From positions 5,890,001 to 5,954,000 of the forward strand of contig CM102290.1 of the NCBI GenBank assembly GCA_046563655.1: DNA of 64,000 bases, given 5' to 3'. The DNA comes from Yuukianura sp. NJ FZ-2021. Lineage: Eukaryota. The notes beneath the pieces are model-generated. The model saw only the letters and a list, made by a program, of their open reading frames with translations. It ran no database searches and had not been told where the DNA came from. Made by a program: the position numbers and the translations under genes. This document shows positions 48,731 to 62,087 of this stretch, piece after piece. Numbering within the stretch: position 1 is the first letter of the stretch; each line of letters starts with the position of its first letter.

Positions 48731-51700
48731 ATGAGTGGGGGAGGTGGGGCAGAAGACAACGGTGGGATGGTGGCAACAGTTCCCGTTCCAATTGCACGCA
48801 AAATGAAGTTGGATCAGCAGGTCAGCTCACTTTTTAAATTCAACACATTTCTAAAAAATGTTCTCCCCAAAAATGAATTGGGATTGGAAAGTTTGGAAGT
48901 GGGACAAAATGAAATGGGTGGATGAATCGACACGAATAAATCGATAGTTGTCATCATAACGCTGTCAACTGGGTTGGCTAAATTGGGAAAAGTGTATGCA
49001 ATATAGAACTTTCATGCTACAAATCGAATGGACCATTGATTGATTCACTTCGTTTCTTCAGCCACTCAATGAATCCCGAACATCCAGCATTTCTGCTCAG
49101 TTTCTACTTTTGTTCCAAATCAAAATAGAGAATTATGGGTTTTGAAAAAAGAAAGTAATGAAAGTGTTTGTTTGAATTTTAGAAGCAACTGATAGAGAAT
49201 CGTCAGAAGCAGAAGCGAATTCAGTCAGGGATGCTGCACATGTCTGATGCAAGGGAAAATGGAAGTCGATCTTCAGGGAACAACAACTCTGCAGCAGGCA
49301 AGAGACGACCAGTCACCAAAAATTCTCCTACGCACGCTCCAGTCGGAGAGGTCAAAGGTCAGTTTCACTCCTCTAATGTCTAATTTTGGTTGTGGACCCC
49401 TGGGGGTTTCCAGAGTGAGAGAACCGTCGACGGCTGGAATGAAGTGGCCAATTATAAAGTGGTTACACACCAATGCGCCTCAGGGGAAGTGGGAGGGGGG
49501 AGTCTGCTAGGGGGGTGGGAAGGAAATGAGGCGGTGGGATTCAAATTGAGTTACACTCATGAGCCATTCCAGAGTTTCATGGACCAGAGACTTCCCTACC
49601 CCTGGGGAATCACTTTCTCTTTCAAGTACTTTCAACCGATTCTCCTCCAATCGCTTTCACTTCAAGCGATTCTCCAAAAATCCCTTTTACTCCAGCCGAT
49701 TCTCTGCCAATGGCTTCAAAGTCATTCAAATTGATTCTATGAATTGAGGAAGATGGAAAGGAGTTTAGACTGGAAAATGACTGTGCGGGAAGTGATGCCT
49801 GTTGAGCCTCTTTGTGTTCAAATGTGGTTGAATTAGGGCTGAAGTGGTTCGGATGTACCCACTCCACTTTCATTTCCTAATTGAGCCCATGTACTATTTA
49901 GCGGAAAGTGGCTCTTCAAATGAAGTTGGTTGAAATTGTTTTCCATTTGGATTTTGTTTTTGTAGAGCCAGGAAGGAAGAAGTCTCCGCCTGAGTCCAAG
50001 AGTGAGAAGAGTTGTGAGGAGGAGGGATCCAAATGCACGAATTCGGGTAACTTGGAGGAGAAAGGAATGTTGGTGGGAGAGCTGGAAGATGACTTGGAGG
50101 TTTTGGACTTGAGGGACCAGCAACACGCAATTCAGCCCAACACGGTGTCTCCACCACTCTCCAAAACAAACTGTAAGCGGAAAGTTGGAGAAAGTGGTCC
50201 ACTTCCATCCAAGATTAAGTCTTTCTCCGCCGTTTAATCATTTTAAAACACTTTCACTCAAACTTTACACTTTCCTCACTCCAAACTAAGTCACTTAATT
50301 CCCACGTCCTCCCCTTTATTAGCTCAATTCTCACCCTCTCTTCCTTAATCCACCCTTCAACTCTCTTTTTCGTAAACTCCGTTTTTAAAAGTACGTCTTC
50401 TTAACAATTTGTTTGATGCAGAGAGTTGTGCGTCCTTCCGAATGTGTTTTGGTTTCGCTTGACTGACCTGAGGAAACGAATGGAACTGCCTCCCATGCGC
50501 CCAACTTTCTCCGCTTTCTCCTCACTTTCTCATTTCAGCTTCCTTTCAGTCTCATTCCATCTTCCACTTTCTCATCTTACCCAAAATCCATTCCTACAAA
50601 ATCCAACAAAGTTTTTAGTTACAACCTTTCACTGGAACTTTAAAAAGCTGAGGTGAAAGTGACACGAGTAATTGTGGATCTTTGGACACAACAATTTAAC
50701 CTAAAAACATTCACCAACTTTACTTTTTCTTCAGTTTTTCTGAGAAATTGGGAATGTTCACCTGCCGTACAGATTTTTCAAGGAAAAGAGAAAGTTTTGT
50801 CTGTTGATTTTCTGTTCCTCGTTCATTAATCACCAGAAACGGAAGACGCACTACGCTCTTTTCTTCAGCCAAAAACTTTCTTTTACTTCCAACTAACAAA
50901 AAAAAAAATTCTTTTTTTTTTTTTGGGAAGGTTTAAGTTTACTTCTGAAAAGTGAGAAAATCGAGGAGGGAGTCGATAGTTGTTTAAAACGAAAAGGAAC
51001 GCTTTTTCTGAAAGTTTTTTTCTGATTTTATAGAAAAAGAGTCTCGTGTAATTGTATACACCGAAATGGTTTGAAAATGACCTGTTGAAGTGCAGTGAGG
51101 CTTGGTTTTTGATTTGAGTTTTTGAGTTTGACGCCAACTACTACGGCCTTGTTAACTTGACGTTTTTATTGATTCGGAAGAGAAAGCATAGATTTTTCTC
51201 TTTTCACTTTTGTTTCAGTTCAAAATCCATAAAAAAGAGGGATTTGAAATCCATTTCCACTGAGACGGTTTTATTCTAATTTGAGAGAGAACAGACGTCA
51301 AATTAACTCATAACCTAAAATACTCTGCTTCAAAACACTAACTGTCGTTAGCCTAACTTTTCCTACGCCTTGGGAAGTGAAACTACCATTTTGCACGAGT
51401 TTCGGCGGAAGTGGTGAGTTAAGTTTGTGAAGGCTAAAACTGTTGTGAATGGTGAGTGAAGTGACCTTGGTGAGGGGACTGCGGAAGATGCGGAAGGTGA
51501 GAGTGGTGGGCCCTTAAAGTCCCCCACTTTCTCCCTTCCAATTCCATCTCTTGACGAAATCCACTTTCACGTGCAAACTGCTTTCTCCCAAGCACTTTTT
51601 GTTCCTTAGGCAGAATGACCTCCGGAATAATCCAACACTAACTGAAGTGTGTGTTTTTAGCTGTGGACTTTGGGAGGGACTTCAAGTCCCCCACTGCAGA

Positions 51701-54568
51701 GTCTAAGGGTCTCTCAATCTCAGAGTCCTTCGATGGCTCTGCCCCCATCGTCCCTGTCCTCTTGGACAAACTGAAAACGCAACAAAACGGAAGTCACGCA
51801 TCTCAACTCGACAAAATCGCTACGGTAAGCCCTATATCGATTTGTGTAAAAGTGGAATTTTCAAAAAGAAGGTCAAAGGTCAAAGTTCACACTTTCACAA
51901 GAACAGAATTAGTTTTGTAAAACTCATACTATAAAATTTGTTCTTGTTGTTGAGAGGAAGAGACAAAAGAGGAATAAAGTTTTAAGGGTTTTGTGGAAAA
52001 CCACAAAAGTGAGGAGAGGAAATTGTTGGTTGATGGTGGAAATAATTGGAAGTATTTCGTAATTGGAAGTATTTCGTAATTCGTAATTGCAGGGTGAGGA
52101 GGAGAGTGGAGGTGTGAAGTTCAGTGTCAACTTGGCTGAAGTGATGGACAACATTGAGCAGTTCGTCATGCAACCTGCAGGGCAAGGTTTTTTGATCAAA
52201 TGCAGAATTACAAGGGATCGGAAGGGAATGGATCGCGGACTTTACCCCACTTACTACATGCATCTAGAGAGAGACGACGGCAGAAAGGTAATGCAAAAAA
52301 TCACTTTTTTCAAAAAAAAAAAAAATTCATTTCAAAAAAATGAAATGGAATTTCCTCCTTGGGGATTGAAAATTGTGAAAATTGAAATTCCGTCTCACTT
52401 CCTTTTGAATTTTGATCCATTTGCTTTATGTGCTGAATTTTGATTTTCACGTTATCCTTTTTCATTTTTTTTAAAAATGGTGGAGATTTTTTTGAAATTG
52501 GCGGGAGTTCATAATTGTGTCAAAGGTTATGTGTTGTACTGAGGCTGTTGAGAGTTATGTTTTTCCACCCAATAGAAACTTTGATGATGTGGAAAGTTAT
52601 TCTGGGGCTCAAGATTTACTTTTTCTTTTCTCCGGCAGGATTTTCTACACAAAGTTCCGCTTCTTGGCAGCATCCAACATTTTTCTTTTCCTTTTCTCCA
52701 CTTCTTCACTTTCTCTCTCCACAATTTCCAATTTAGATTTTCCGATATTTAGACTTTTCTAGGGATTCTTTTTCGTGAAAGTCAAAAACCTAGGTTTTTT
52801 GTCAAAGAACGGATTTTGAATGTCACTGGAACCTCAATTGTTCTTATGCCACCTCAAAACTCAAAATTTCTTTTTTCAACGTCAAATTTTGGAAATCAGA
52901 GAAAGTGTGAAGAAATTTTTAATGAAATGAAGAATTCCAGTCATCGCTTAAAAATCTTCCCTGACTTTTCAGAAATTGGAAGACACTCGGCGTTTTTAGA
53001 AATCAGAAACAGACGAATGGAAATTTTTTGTGGAAATGCACCGGGGGAGTAACTATAGATGTTGTAGTTTTGGGGTTAGAAATTTTGATGGACAGTTAAT
53101 TTGATCGATAGTAATTTGGTCGACATGAGAGACTAGATTTGTTTTTTGAGAAGTGGAGAGGAAGAGAAGTGAAAGTTGATTGGAGAAAGTGAGACAAGTT
53201 CCTGGATGAGTTTGGATTAGGTTTGTTACTCCCAACTTTCTATTGAACTTTCTCATTCTGTCTCTCTCCATCCAACTCCATTTAGAATCTTGTCGTTTAA
53301 AAAAAAGTTTTACGTGCGGATTTAGTCTAATTCTGGGAATTCGACAACCCCGAGAATACGTTTTACAAGATCAGTTTGGTCGTTAAGCAAACCAACAAAA
53401 GTTTAGCTTAAACTTCCTAAAAAAAAGTTTGTTTTTGGTACTGTACAACATTGACACAAGAAAGTTGTACTGACTTGTGTGTTTTACTGGATTAGGAATT
53501 TAACTTAATTTGGATTTTTTTTGTTCTAAAATAACATTTTGAATTTGAACTTAAATTTTGAATTTGTTTTTGTTAGGTGTTCCTTTTGGCTGGTCGTAAG
53601 CGTAAGAAGAGCACGACGAGCAACTACCTCATTTCCACTGATGCGACTGACTTGAGTCGTGGCGGGGAGTCGTTCATAGGGAAAGTTCGGTCCAACTTGC
53701 TGGGGACCCAGTTCACGGTGTTCGACCACGGTGAACCCTCACGCCGTTCCACCGCCGCCACCAGCGACAAGAACGCTCTCCGGGAGGAACTGGCTGCCGT
53801 CATCTATGTCAGTCTCACACTTTCAAATTTAGAACAACAGTTTTTAGTTTCCTAGGAGACGAGAGAGACTGAATTTTGTGGTTGCTAGGAGACGAATGTG
53901 CTGGGGTTCAAGGGTCCTCGCAAAATGACTGTGATCATCCCAGGGATGCTGAACGAGTCCAAGCGGAAGGAAGTCCGTCCAGAAGTGGAACAAGACTGTC
54001 TCCTGGGTAATCACAAGGCAATATTGGGCTCTGGGGGGCCCTTAGCCTAACTAACCTGGGCCCTTAACATTCAACCTCACCTAACAGTCTTTTTGCAACT
54101 TCCTTCATGTCTACTTTAGTTCTAAACACATCTAGGCTACAATTTTAGGCGTGTTTTGGAATTTAAACTTTTGAAAAAAGTTTGAATTTTTTAAAATGTT
54201 GTTAATTTTTAGAACGGTGGCGAAGTAAGCGGATGGAGGGGCTGGTTGAACTGAAGAACAAAACGCCCGTGTGGAACGACGAGAGCCAGTCTTACGTTCT
54301 GAACTTCCACGGGCGCGTCACGCAGGCCTCCGTCAAAAATTTCCAAGTGATACACGAATCTGATGGTGAGATTCAATTTTCAAAAAAGGATTTCAAAAAA
54401 AGTATTTCAAATTTTGAAATTTTGAATTGTGTAGAGGAGTACGTGGTTTTACAATTTGGGCGTGTAGCAGAAGATGTGTTTACTTTGGATTTCCGTTACC
54501 CGATTTGTGCCCTCCAAGCCTTTGCAATTGCCCTCACAAGTTTCGACAACAAATTGGCTTGTGAGTAG
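48731..54568 (+). CDS. ktub: Tubby-family protein (king tubby-like), multi-exon
   Basis: N-terminal [20 protein letters not shown]. Tubby domain [90 protein letters not shown], ending SFDNKLACE*. The 5' start is uncertain. Confidence 0.92.
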
Positions 54569-55103
54569 ACAAAAAATCCGCGCTTAAGGCGCGAATTTGA
54601 GAAAAAAAACTTGATCACCTCATCATCGTCCACTTCCGGATCTCAGACTTACAACACAATCGCAGTGATACAATTTCATAATGCTATGCAACCCAGAGAA
54701 TCAGTATAACCTAATGTAACCATCGCAACCATCAGTCGTAACCATAGTTACCACCGTCTCAAGCCTTCAGAGCACCCACACAAAACTCCAAGTATTTTTA
54801 ACCTAAAGTCTAAATTTTAAAACCGTAGTAAAAACTTGACTAATTTTGTATCCAAATTCAACCACTTTTCAAAAGTCCAAAAGTTTTTAGATTTCGACAA
54901 AAAAAAACGAGCGAATATAGAGTGTTTAGCTGTTCAATTCTTGAAAATAGTTTTTTTTTTAATTTTTGAACTTATGAAAAAGTAACAGAGAGTATTTTTT
55001 TGATTTTATGCAACCAATTTCTTTTTAGTCATTTCCACACGATGTTTTTGTTTTCCTTGTTTTTGAAGTTTCCATTGTTCTAAAATTCTGTTTATGTTTT
55101 GTA

Positions 55104-55261
55104 TTCTGAGAAGTTTCAATAAAAACATTAACATCCTGAGTCACAAGTCGTAACTTTATGACATGAAAATTACAATTTTGAGTATGTTTGACCTTTGACC
55201 TCCACGGTTTACTTCTGTGATACTTTGATAACAAGAGACTCCACTTTGCATTCAGATTCTC
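55104..55261 (+). repeat. Direct repeat copy 1 (upstream of PRCP)
   Basis: TTCTGAGAAGTTTCAATAAAAACAT...GAGACTCCACTTTGCATTCAGATTCTC, matching 57435-57573 with small indels. Confidence 0.9.
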
Positions 55262-55376
55262 TTCCCAAGTGAAAACAAGTCAGTCATAACTTGTAAGTTA
55301 TCTTGCTTCTACCACTCTAAACGTCTTTTTGAAACACTTTTTTTAAAACAAAACCTTAAAAGTCCAAATTTTGAAA

Positions 55377-57309
55377 ATGTTTGAGTTAATTTTGGGATTT
55401 TTAGTACTAGTTAGTGGCTGTGGAGCGGAAGATGTTCCGTACACCTACAAAACCGACTACTACGAAGTTCCGGTCAGAATTTTTTTAAAATATGTTTTGT
55501 GAAAAACTTTTTTTAAAGTTTAAATTTTTGGCGGGTCAAAGGTGGATCACTTTAGTTTTAGGTCGAATGCCACGTTCAGGATGAAGTATCTGTACAATGA
55601 CAGTTGGTGGGACAAGGCTCACGATGGACCAATCTTCTTCTACACTGGTCTGCTCAATTTCAAAAAGTAAAAATTTTTCAAAATTTCAAAAAAAATTTGA
55701 AACAGGGAATGAGGGGGCGATTGAGCTGTTTGCAGAAAATTCAGGGTTCATGTGGGAAATTGCACCGCAGTTTGGGGCCCTGCTCCTCTTTGCAGAACAC
55801 CGCTACTATGGCTCATCACTTCCCTTTGGAAATGACTCATTCTCGGTATGACCTCTGACCTCTTCCAAGTTGACCTTTGACCTTGATCTTTGAATTTTTG
55901 AAGGGCCCTGACAAGAGTGGGTACTTGACGTCAGAACAAGCCTTGGCGGACTTTGCAGACTTTGTGCTCTACTTTAAATTTCATCGTGGAGGCCAACAGA
56001 GTGCTGTGATAGCCTTTGGTGGGAGTTATGGTGGGATGCTCACTGCTTGGATGAGAATGAAGTACCCCCATGTCATCCAAGGGTACTTACAACTTTTCCA
56101 AAATATTTAAATTTTAAAAAATGTTGTTTGAACAAACTTTTTTTGAAAATGTTTCCAGAGGAATTTCTTGTTCAGCTCCAGTTCTGCAGTTCAGTGGGCT
56201 CACTCCGTGCGGAGCCTTTGCTCAAATTCTAACCAACGCTTTTCTCAAAGAATCCAAAGAGTGTGTTCAAACAATCAGAAAATCATGGACTTACATCACC
56301 GACTTTGGAAAAACAGGCACAAACTTTTTCAAAATTGTGAAATTTTATTATTTTTTTTAAATTTTGAATTCGGCGTTTAGAAGCAGGAAGGGCGTGGCTG
56401 ACTAAGAAATGGAAGCTGTGTGCACCGCTCAATTCGAGCAAAGATGTTGATTTGATGAAGGGCTGGTTGACTGACGTGTATGGGAATCTGGGGATGGTCA
56501 ATTACCCCTACGAAGCAAACTTCCTCTCCAAACTACCCGCTTATCCTGTCAAAGTAAGGTCAAAGGTCAAAGGTCAACTAAAAAAAAACTATGATTTTTG
56601 GATATTTAGGTGTTTTGTGAGAAATTGGTTGACTCAAATTTGCCAGCCAAGGGCCTCCTTCGCTCTATTTTCAAGGGCCTCAACGTGTACTTCAACTACA
56701 CTGGCCAAACCACTTGCTTGAACGTAGCCAGCTCAGGAACGGCGCAACTGGATGACGCTGGATGGGACTTCCAGGTGACTTGACCTTTGACTTTTGATCT
56801 TTGACCTTTGACCTGCATATTTTTTTTGTTAGGCTTGTACGGAGATGGTGATGCCAATGTGTAGTGACGGGGTCAATGACTTCCTGGAGCCGTCTCCATG
56901 GGAATACGGCTCATATGCTGCCAATTGCACGAAAAAGTGGAGCGTCACTCCGAATGCGTGGATGAGCCAGATCATGTATGGAGGAAGAGACCTCAGTGGA
57001 GCATCTAACATTGTGTTTAGGTTGGTTTTTAATTTTGATAGAAGAATGACATGAGTGACGTTGACCTTTGACCTCTGACCTTGCAGTAATGGGCTGCTGG
57101 ACCCCTGGTCAGGGGGCGGAGTGCTGTCCAATGTGTCCGACAGTGTGCTGGCAGTCGTCATTCCAGAGGGAGCTCATCACTTGGATCTGAGAGGTTCCAA
57201 TCCCAGGGATCCAGCATCAGTCATTGCTGCGAGGAATTTGGAGAAAGCACAGATCAACAAGTGGATACACGAATATCACCACAAAAACAACTTTCACAGT
57301 TCCTTTTAA
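55377..57309 (+). CDS. PRCP: Lysosomal Pro-X carboxypeptidase (peptidase S28)
   Basis: Signal peptide [17 protein letters not shown]. Motifs [40 protein letters not shown], nucleophile GGSYGG, NGLLDPW and GAHHLDLR. Confidence 0.95.
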
Positions 57310-57434
57310 AAATTATTCACAACCAAAATGTTAATTTTGTGGGTTTTTAGTGTTAAATAATACAAACTTAAAATAAATAATACATTTTATAAACTGCCTC
57401 AGTGTTTGGTGTTTGTAAGGCGGAGGTTTGGACC

Positions 57435-57573
57435 TTCTGAGAAGTTTCAATAAAAACATGAACATCCTGAGTCACAAGTCGTAACTTCATTACAATTCTG
57501 AGTATGTTTGACCTTTGACCGGTTTACTTCTGTGAAACTTTGATACGAGACTCCACTTTGCATTCAGATTCTC
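57435..57573 (+). repeat. Direct repeat copy 2 (downstream of PRCP)
   Basis: Same-orientation copy of 55104-55261 with several short deletions. Confidence 0.9.
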
Positions 57574-60023
57574 CTCCAAATTTTGGAGGTTATCATGGAG
57601 TATCTCCATGTGAAAAAAAAACGACTAAAACAGACTGCGAAAGTGATCTCCAACCAAAAATCCTCCAGAAACTTCACGTTTTCGTTTTAAAAAAACATAA
57701 AACATAATTCATAAAACATAATTCAAAAAACCTAACCTAACCCAAGGTAAATAGAATACTACTATAGGGGCTGAACCTTAGAATGATAGAATTTTAATAA
57801 AATAAATAATAATAATAAAATAATTTTAGAATTATATTTTCGAAAGATGCTATAGGGCAGTCGTGAAAACACATATGACTTTGAGAGACTAAGTTTTTAA
57901 TGCATACTTTGCGTAGTTGCGTCAGATAAAATTTTTTAAGTCGGCAAACGAATCGAGAAACACATTGCATCCTTCTGGAGAAGTCCTTAGTGGATGCCAT
58001 CAATTTTCAGTTAATTAGTTTTATCGACTTTTGTTTACGCAGATTTTACACTTCTGAAGCTACATGCAACTGCTATCAGAATGTGGAATCATAAAGTTGT
58101 ACAGGGCGGAATATTCTGTACAGAAAGTCAAAAAAAAAAAAAAGAATCCACCTCGACCTGACCGAAACAACGACTTGAAAACTAGTATGTGACCTCACGC
58201 TACTTTTAATTACAAATATTCCAATTTCATCGATTCAATAACACAAGGCTTGTGTTCAAATTACTTGTGTTGGCTACTGCATTTAGTAATATTTTAAACA
58301 ATATATTAAATATTAAAATATATTAATACGCTGCTAAGATGTAAATGGTAGTATGCAGAGAAGCCTTCACTCTAGGTATGTTGCTCAAAATCCCTTTCAA
58401 ATTGGAACCGAACAGTGGCAGAATGCAAGAAGTACTCCGTTCTGAACTTCACAGCATCTTTCCAACCACCACGATGAAGCTTGACTGCTTGTTTAATAAT
58501 ATTTGTCCATTTGACTGGTTGCCCAACAACAATGTCATTCGAAGGGCCATTTGAAGTTATGATATCTTCTGTCAAATACCAATCAATCCAGATTGCCACT
58601 CCATTCGGCTCCAGATCCTCACGCTCTGACTTGCACTCTGTCAGTGATGTTTGCACTGGAATTCCGTCGTTATGAATTTTCAAAATATCAAAGGATTCGC
58701 CACAAGCTATTCCTGGAAATTGCCATAGAAATTCATACTCCACTCCGCTAGGGTCTTCCACTGCTTTCTCCTAATTGAAATTGAAATAAACTTAAGGTAA
58801 TTTTGAAGAATAAAGGAATTTACTCTTAGATATATTTTCAAGGTATCAGTTTGCGGAGATTTGCGAAGTCAAATGGTTAAACCTTGTATGAGTCGGCAAA
58901 GCCTTCTATAAAGAATGCTTCGTCTAGAACACTGCTGAGAGGAGAATTGATTCTAGACAGGTTTTCAAACCGCATGAGAACTCCACGAATTACAGCTTTA
59001 CATGGAGAAATGCGTGTTTGGGTTGGGGCAAGACCCATTTCCAGCAGAAAGCGAAAGTAGCGAAGATGATACCACCAAATGGTATGCCCCTCGGCGCGGG
59101 AGAACGTCGGGAACGGGTCAAAAATTGACTCTCCTTTGTCTTTCATAAAGAATGGTTCTCCAATTACACCAGTCACCTACAGAGTTATTAAATTGTTGAG
59201 AAATACAAATTTCACCTCAATGTACGTAAATGCGCAAGTACCAAATTGCAATACTGCTTATTGTATGGAAATTTCGGAAATTTTAGCAACTATATTGTCG
59301 TTGGATGAATGGCGATTTGGCTGCGGTAGCACTGTGGGATTGTAGCACTACTATCGAGTATGAAGATAAACTACATCATGAGAGTCTTTCCTGAAACTTT
59401 TCCCGAGGTTTGAATATACTGTAAATAGATCAAGAAACAAGACCAAATAGGTCATCTTTCTTGTTCAAAAGGTGATAATTGAAAGTAGTTCTTGGGAAAT
59501 GGTGGCGTTTTGTGCCTAAAACGCATTTCTCGTGTTATTTCGTAGTTTGGGGTTCCAGTCCAGTTGTTTTTCTAGAAACTGGACCAGACAAGCTATCCAA
59601 CGTTTATATCACTTTCGTCCAGCCCAAGGACGTCCATGGTTACGATCAAAACTACAAAGTGAAATGTTTTCTAAATTAGAAAATAGATACTTTGGGTCTA
59701 ATTATTTATGTTTCCGGACGTGGGTCATCCAAAGCTATTATTTTCCAAAGAATTCTGCATCAATTTTGCTTTAAGGAAAACATTTGCCCTAACATTGTGT
59801 TAAAATCATATTAAGCCAAGTTGTCTTTTAAAAGAAAATTTCCGAACTCACTTCTTGAGTACTTGACTCGCTTCCATTTCTCAAGTCCTTTTTTAGTTTA
59901 TATTTGCGATCCCACGAGTTCTATATGTAATTTTACATTCATTTGCATATTTTCCTAAGTTAAAACTGGCATGAATATAATGGGAGTTGATTCCGATTGT
60001 GCTAAAGGCACCATTAGATTTAC

Positions 60024-60178
60024 AATTGACGTAGTTCGCGGAACAAGTTGCAAACTCGAAATCATAATTTTAGCATTAAGAGAATTTGAATGCATTTTTC
60101 CATGCTAACAATTGAAAATTTTCTATTTCCCTTGGTTGCGAAAGGAGTTTGCAACTTTTCCCGCGGACACCTTCAATT
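60024..60178. mobile_element. Small inverted-repeat element in a PRMT7-like intron
   Basis: AATTGACGTAGTTCGCGGAACAAGTTGCAAACTC versus GAGTTTGCAACTTTTCCCGCGGACACCTTCAATT (imperfect ~34-bp inverted ends). Confidence 0.6.
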
Positions 60179-61908
60179 ATCAAATGGCGATCAACCTATT
60201 ATTCCTAATTGGAGAGCGCACAACGTAAAATAACATATCCGAAAAGCGCAAATAGCAAAAAAGTGTAAACGTATGTGAATAATTCAAGGCAAATAAAATT
60301 CCAATATACCTTTCTGGCAACCGATTGCAACTCATTCGTGGTAACAAATTCCAGCCCGGCCTTTACACCGCAAAGTTGAGCAAATCTAGCAGCGTGTTCA
60401 CGATCATTCTCATATTGCAGCATAACATATACCTTTTTGGCACCCAAGTAGTTCGCAATTATATGTAGAATTGTCGCTCTGGCGTCACTCAAACACAAAA
60501 GTACAGACCTGGTTGGTACAATCATGGACTTTAAAGCCAGGACGTGTTGACTAATGAACTTTCGATCATTCCATTTGCGAATTTGGTAGGTGTATACTTC
60601 ATGAAATCCGCATCGACAACTGATATCCCAAGGATCGGGAGTTGGGAGTGCAATGCTGCTACTTGCGGAAATACGAAAACACATTTCGATTCTTTGTTCC
60701 GCGCAGAACTTTCCGCGAAATCCTTCCAAGTAATACTTTGTATTTTGTTGAAGCTGAAAGTCCTCTTGTCCATAATAGACGACAGGGCTCCAGTGATATC
60801 GCACATCTTGTGTTGATCCACCAGCCCAGTACGGTTTTAGTGTTATCTGTATTTGTCGCTCTTGGTCCAATTCAAGCGTCCACCATGAAAATATAGCTGT
60901 AGCAACACCAGTGCCTTTACTTTTGAAAGGAAATCTCATCTTCTCTTTTTCATTTACCAAATCATCACCACCAAATTCTAAACTAAAATTAAAAAAATAA
61001 GAGCGCAATCAACAACATTTAATTTAAATTTATATAATGAATTAATTAAGTTATGCCTCAATATTATTTGTTTTCACGTTAAATCCTCTAAATTCAAGTA
61101 GACGGGTGAATCATTTGTATCAAGTCAAACTTTAACATAATATGGTTAGGTTGTTGAGTTACTGGGAATTTTTACTGGAAGTTCATAGCCAACCCTACCG
61201 CCTGTATTCACGATAGATGATATGATATGTCGATGAAGGCCGTAAAGATTTTGGATTACAGTGTTGAGTGCATACCTCGCCGTACAGCCCAATGGCGTGC
61301 CCGCCCCATTTCATACCAAAATATGCTAATTAGTTGAAAAGTTAAACAAAACTTACTTGAAAATTTCCACGGGATCCGAGTAAATTGTGAACTCATCTTT
61401 CCCAAGAGATGAAATTTGGGTTGGAGTAGCCATATTAGATTTACTGCTGCAAGTCCTCATTTCTTCTGGAAAATTAATTACTCTTCCATCTGGCAAGGTC
61501 ATCGGGCGTACCCAGTTCTCTTTTGCCACATCCGGATAATCCACAACTTGTGCAAATATGACCACATTATGAGGAATAATAATGCAGTCCTCCTTTAGAA
61601 GCAAAAGAATGACTTATGATTACATAAATTATGGAAATATACACAACATTACGATTAAATAGGACACGACGTCAAACAATTTACACACAAAAAAATTAAA
61701 AAAAGTATAGAGGTCAGGGTCAGGTAACGACATCACTTTTCAAACTATTGAGATGCATTGAGACCACGAATCAAGTTTATAAAGTGACTTCAACTTATTA
61801 CAAGTTGTTCAATCGTGGAGCCGTTGGCTAGTGAGTAGAATCGGATGGAGCTTCTTAAATTCCAGATTTTTCATAATTTATAGAAATTATTTTTCAACGT
61901 CGAATGAT

Positions 61909-62087
61909 TCGTCCGCTACGGAGTTACCGTGCTGCCTCTGTGCACGGCGCAAAAATACAGTGGAGGCGACATATTTTGTTGTTAAGAGCAACTGAAATTG
62001 AAATAAAACGTTTTTTCGCTTTCAAGTTGGCGACATTGTATTTTTGCACCGTGCACGAAGGCAGCATGGAAAGTTCGTAGCGGGCGA
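61909..62087. mobile_element. Small MITE-like hairpin next to a PRMT7-like splice donor
   Basis: TCGTCCGCTACGGAGTTACCGTGCTGCCTCTGTGCACGGCGCAAAAATACA versus TGTATTTTTGCACCGTGCACGAAGGCAGCATGGAAAGTTCGTAGCGGGCGA (~50-bp imperfect arms). Confidence 0.7.

Noticed and set aside
52517..52762. ORF in a tubby intron ([15 protein letters not shown]...) as an alternative exon
   Set aside because: No tubby-domain similarity, it degrades into T-rich low complexity, and the flanking exons already join in frame.
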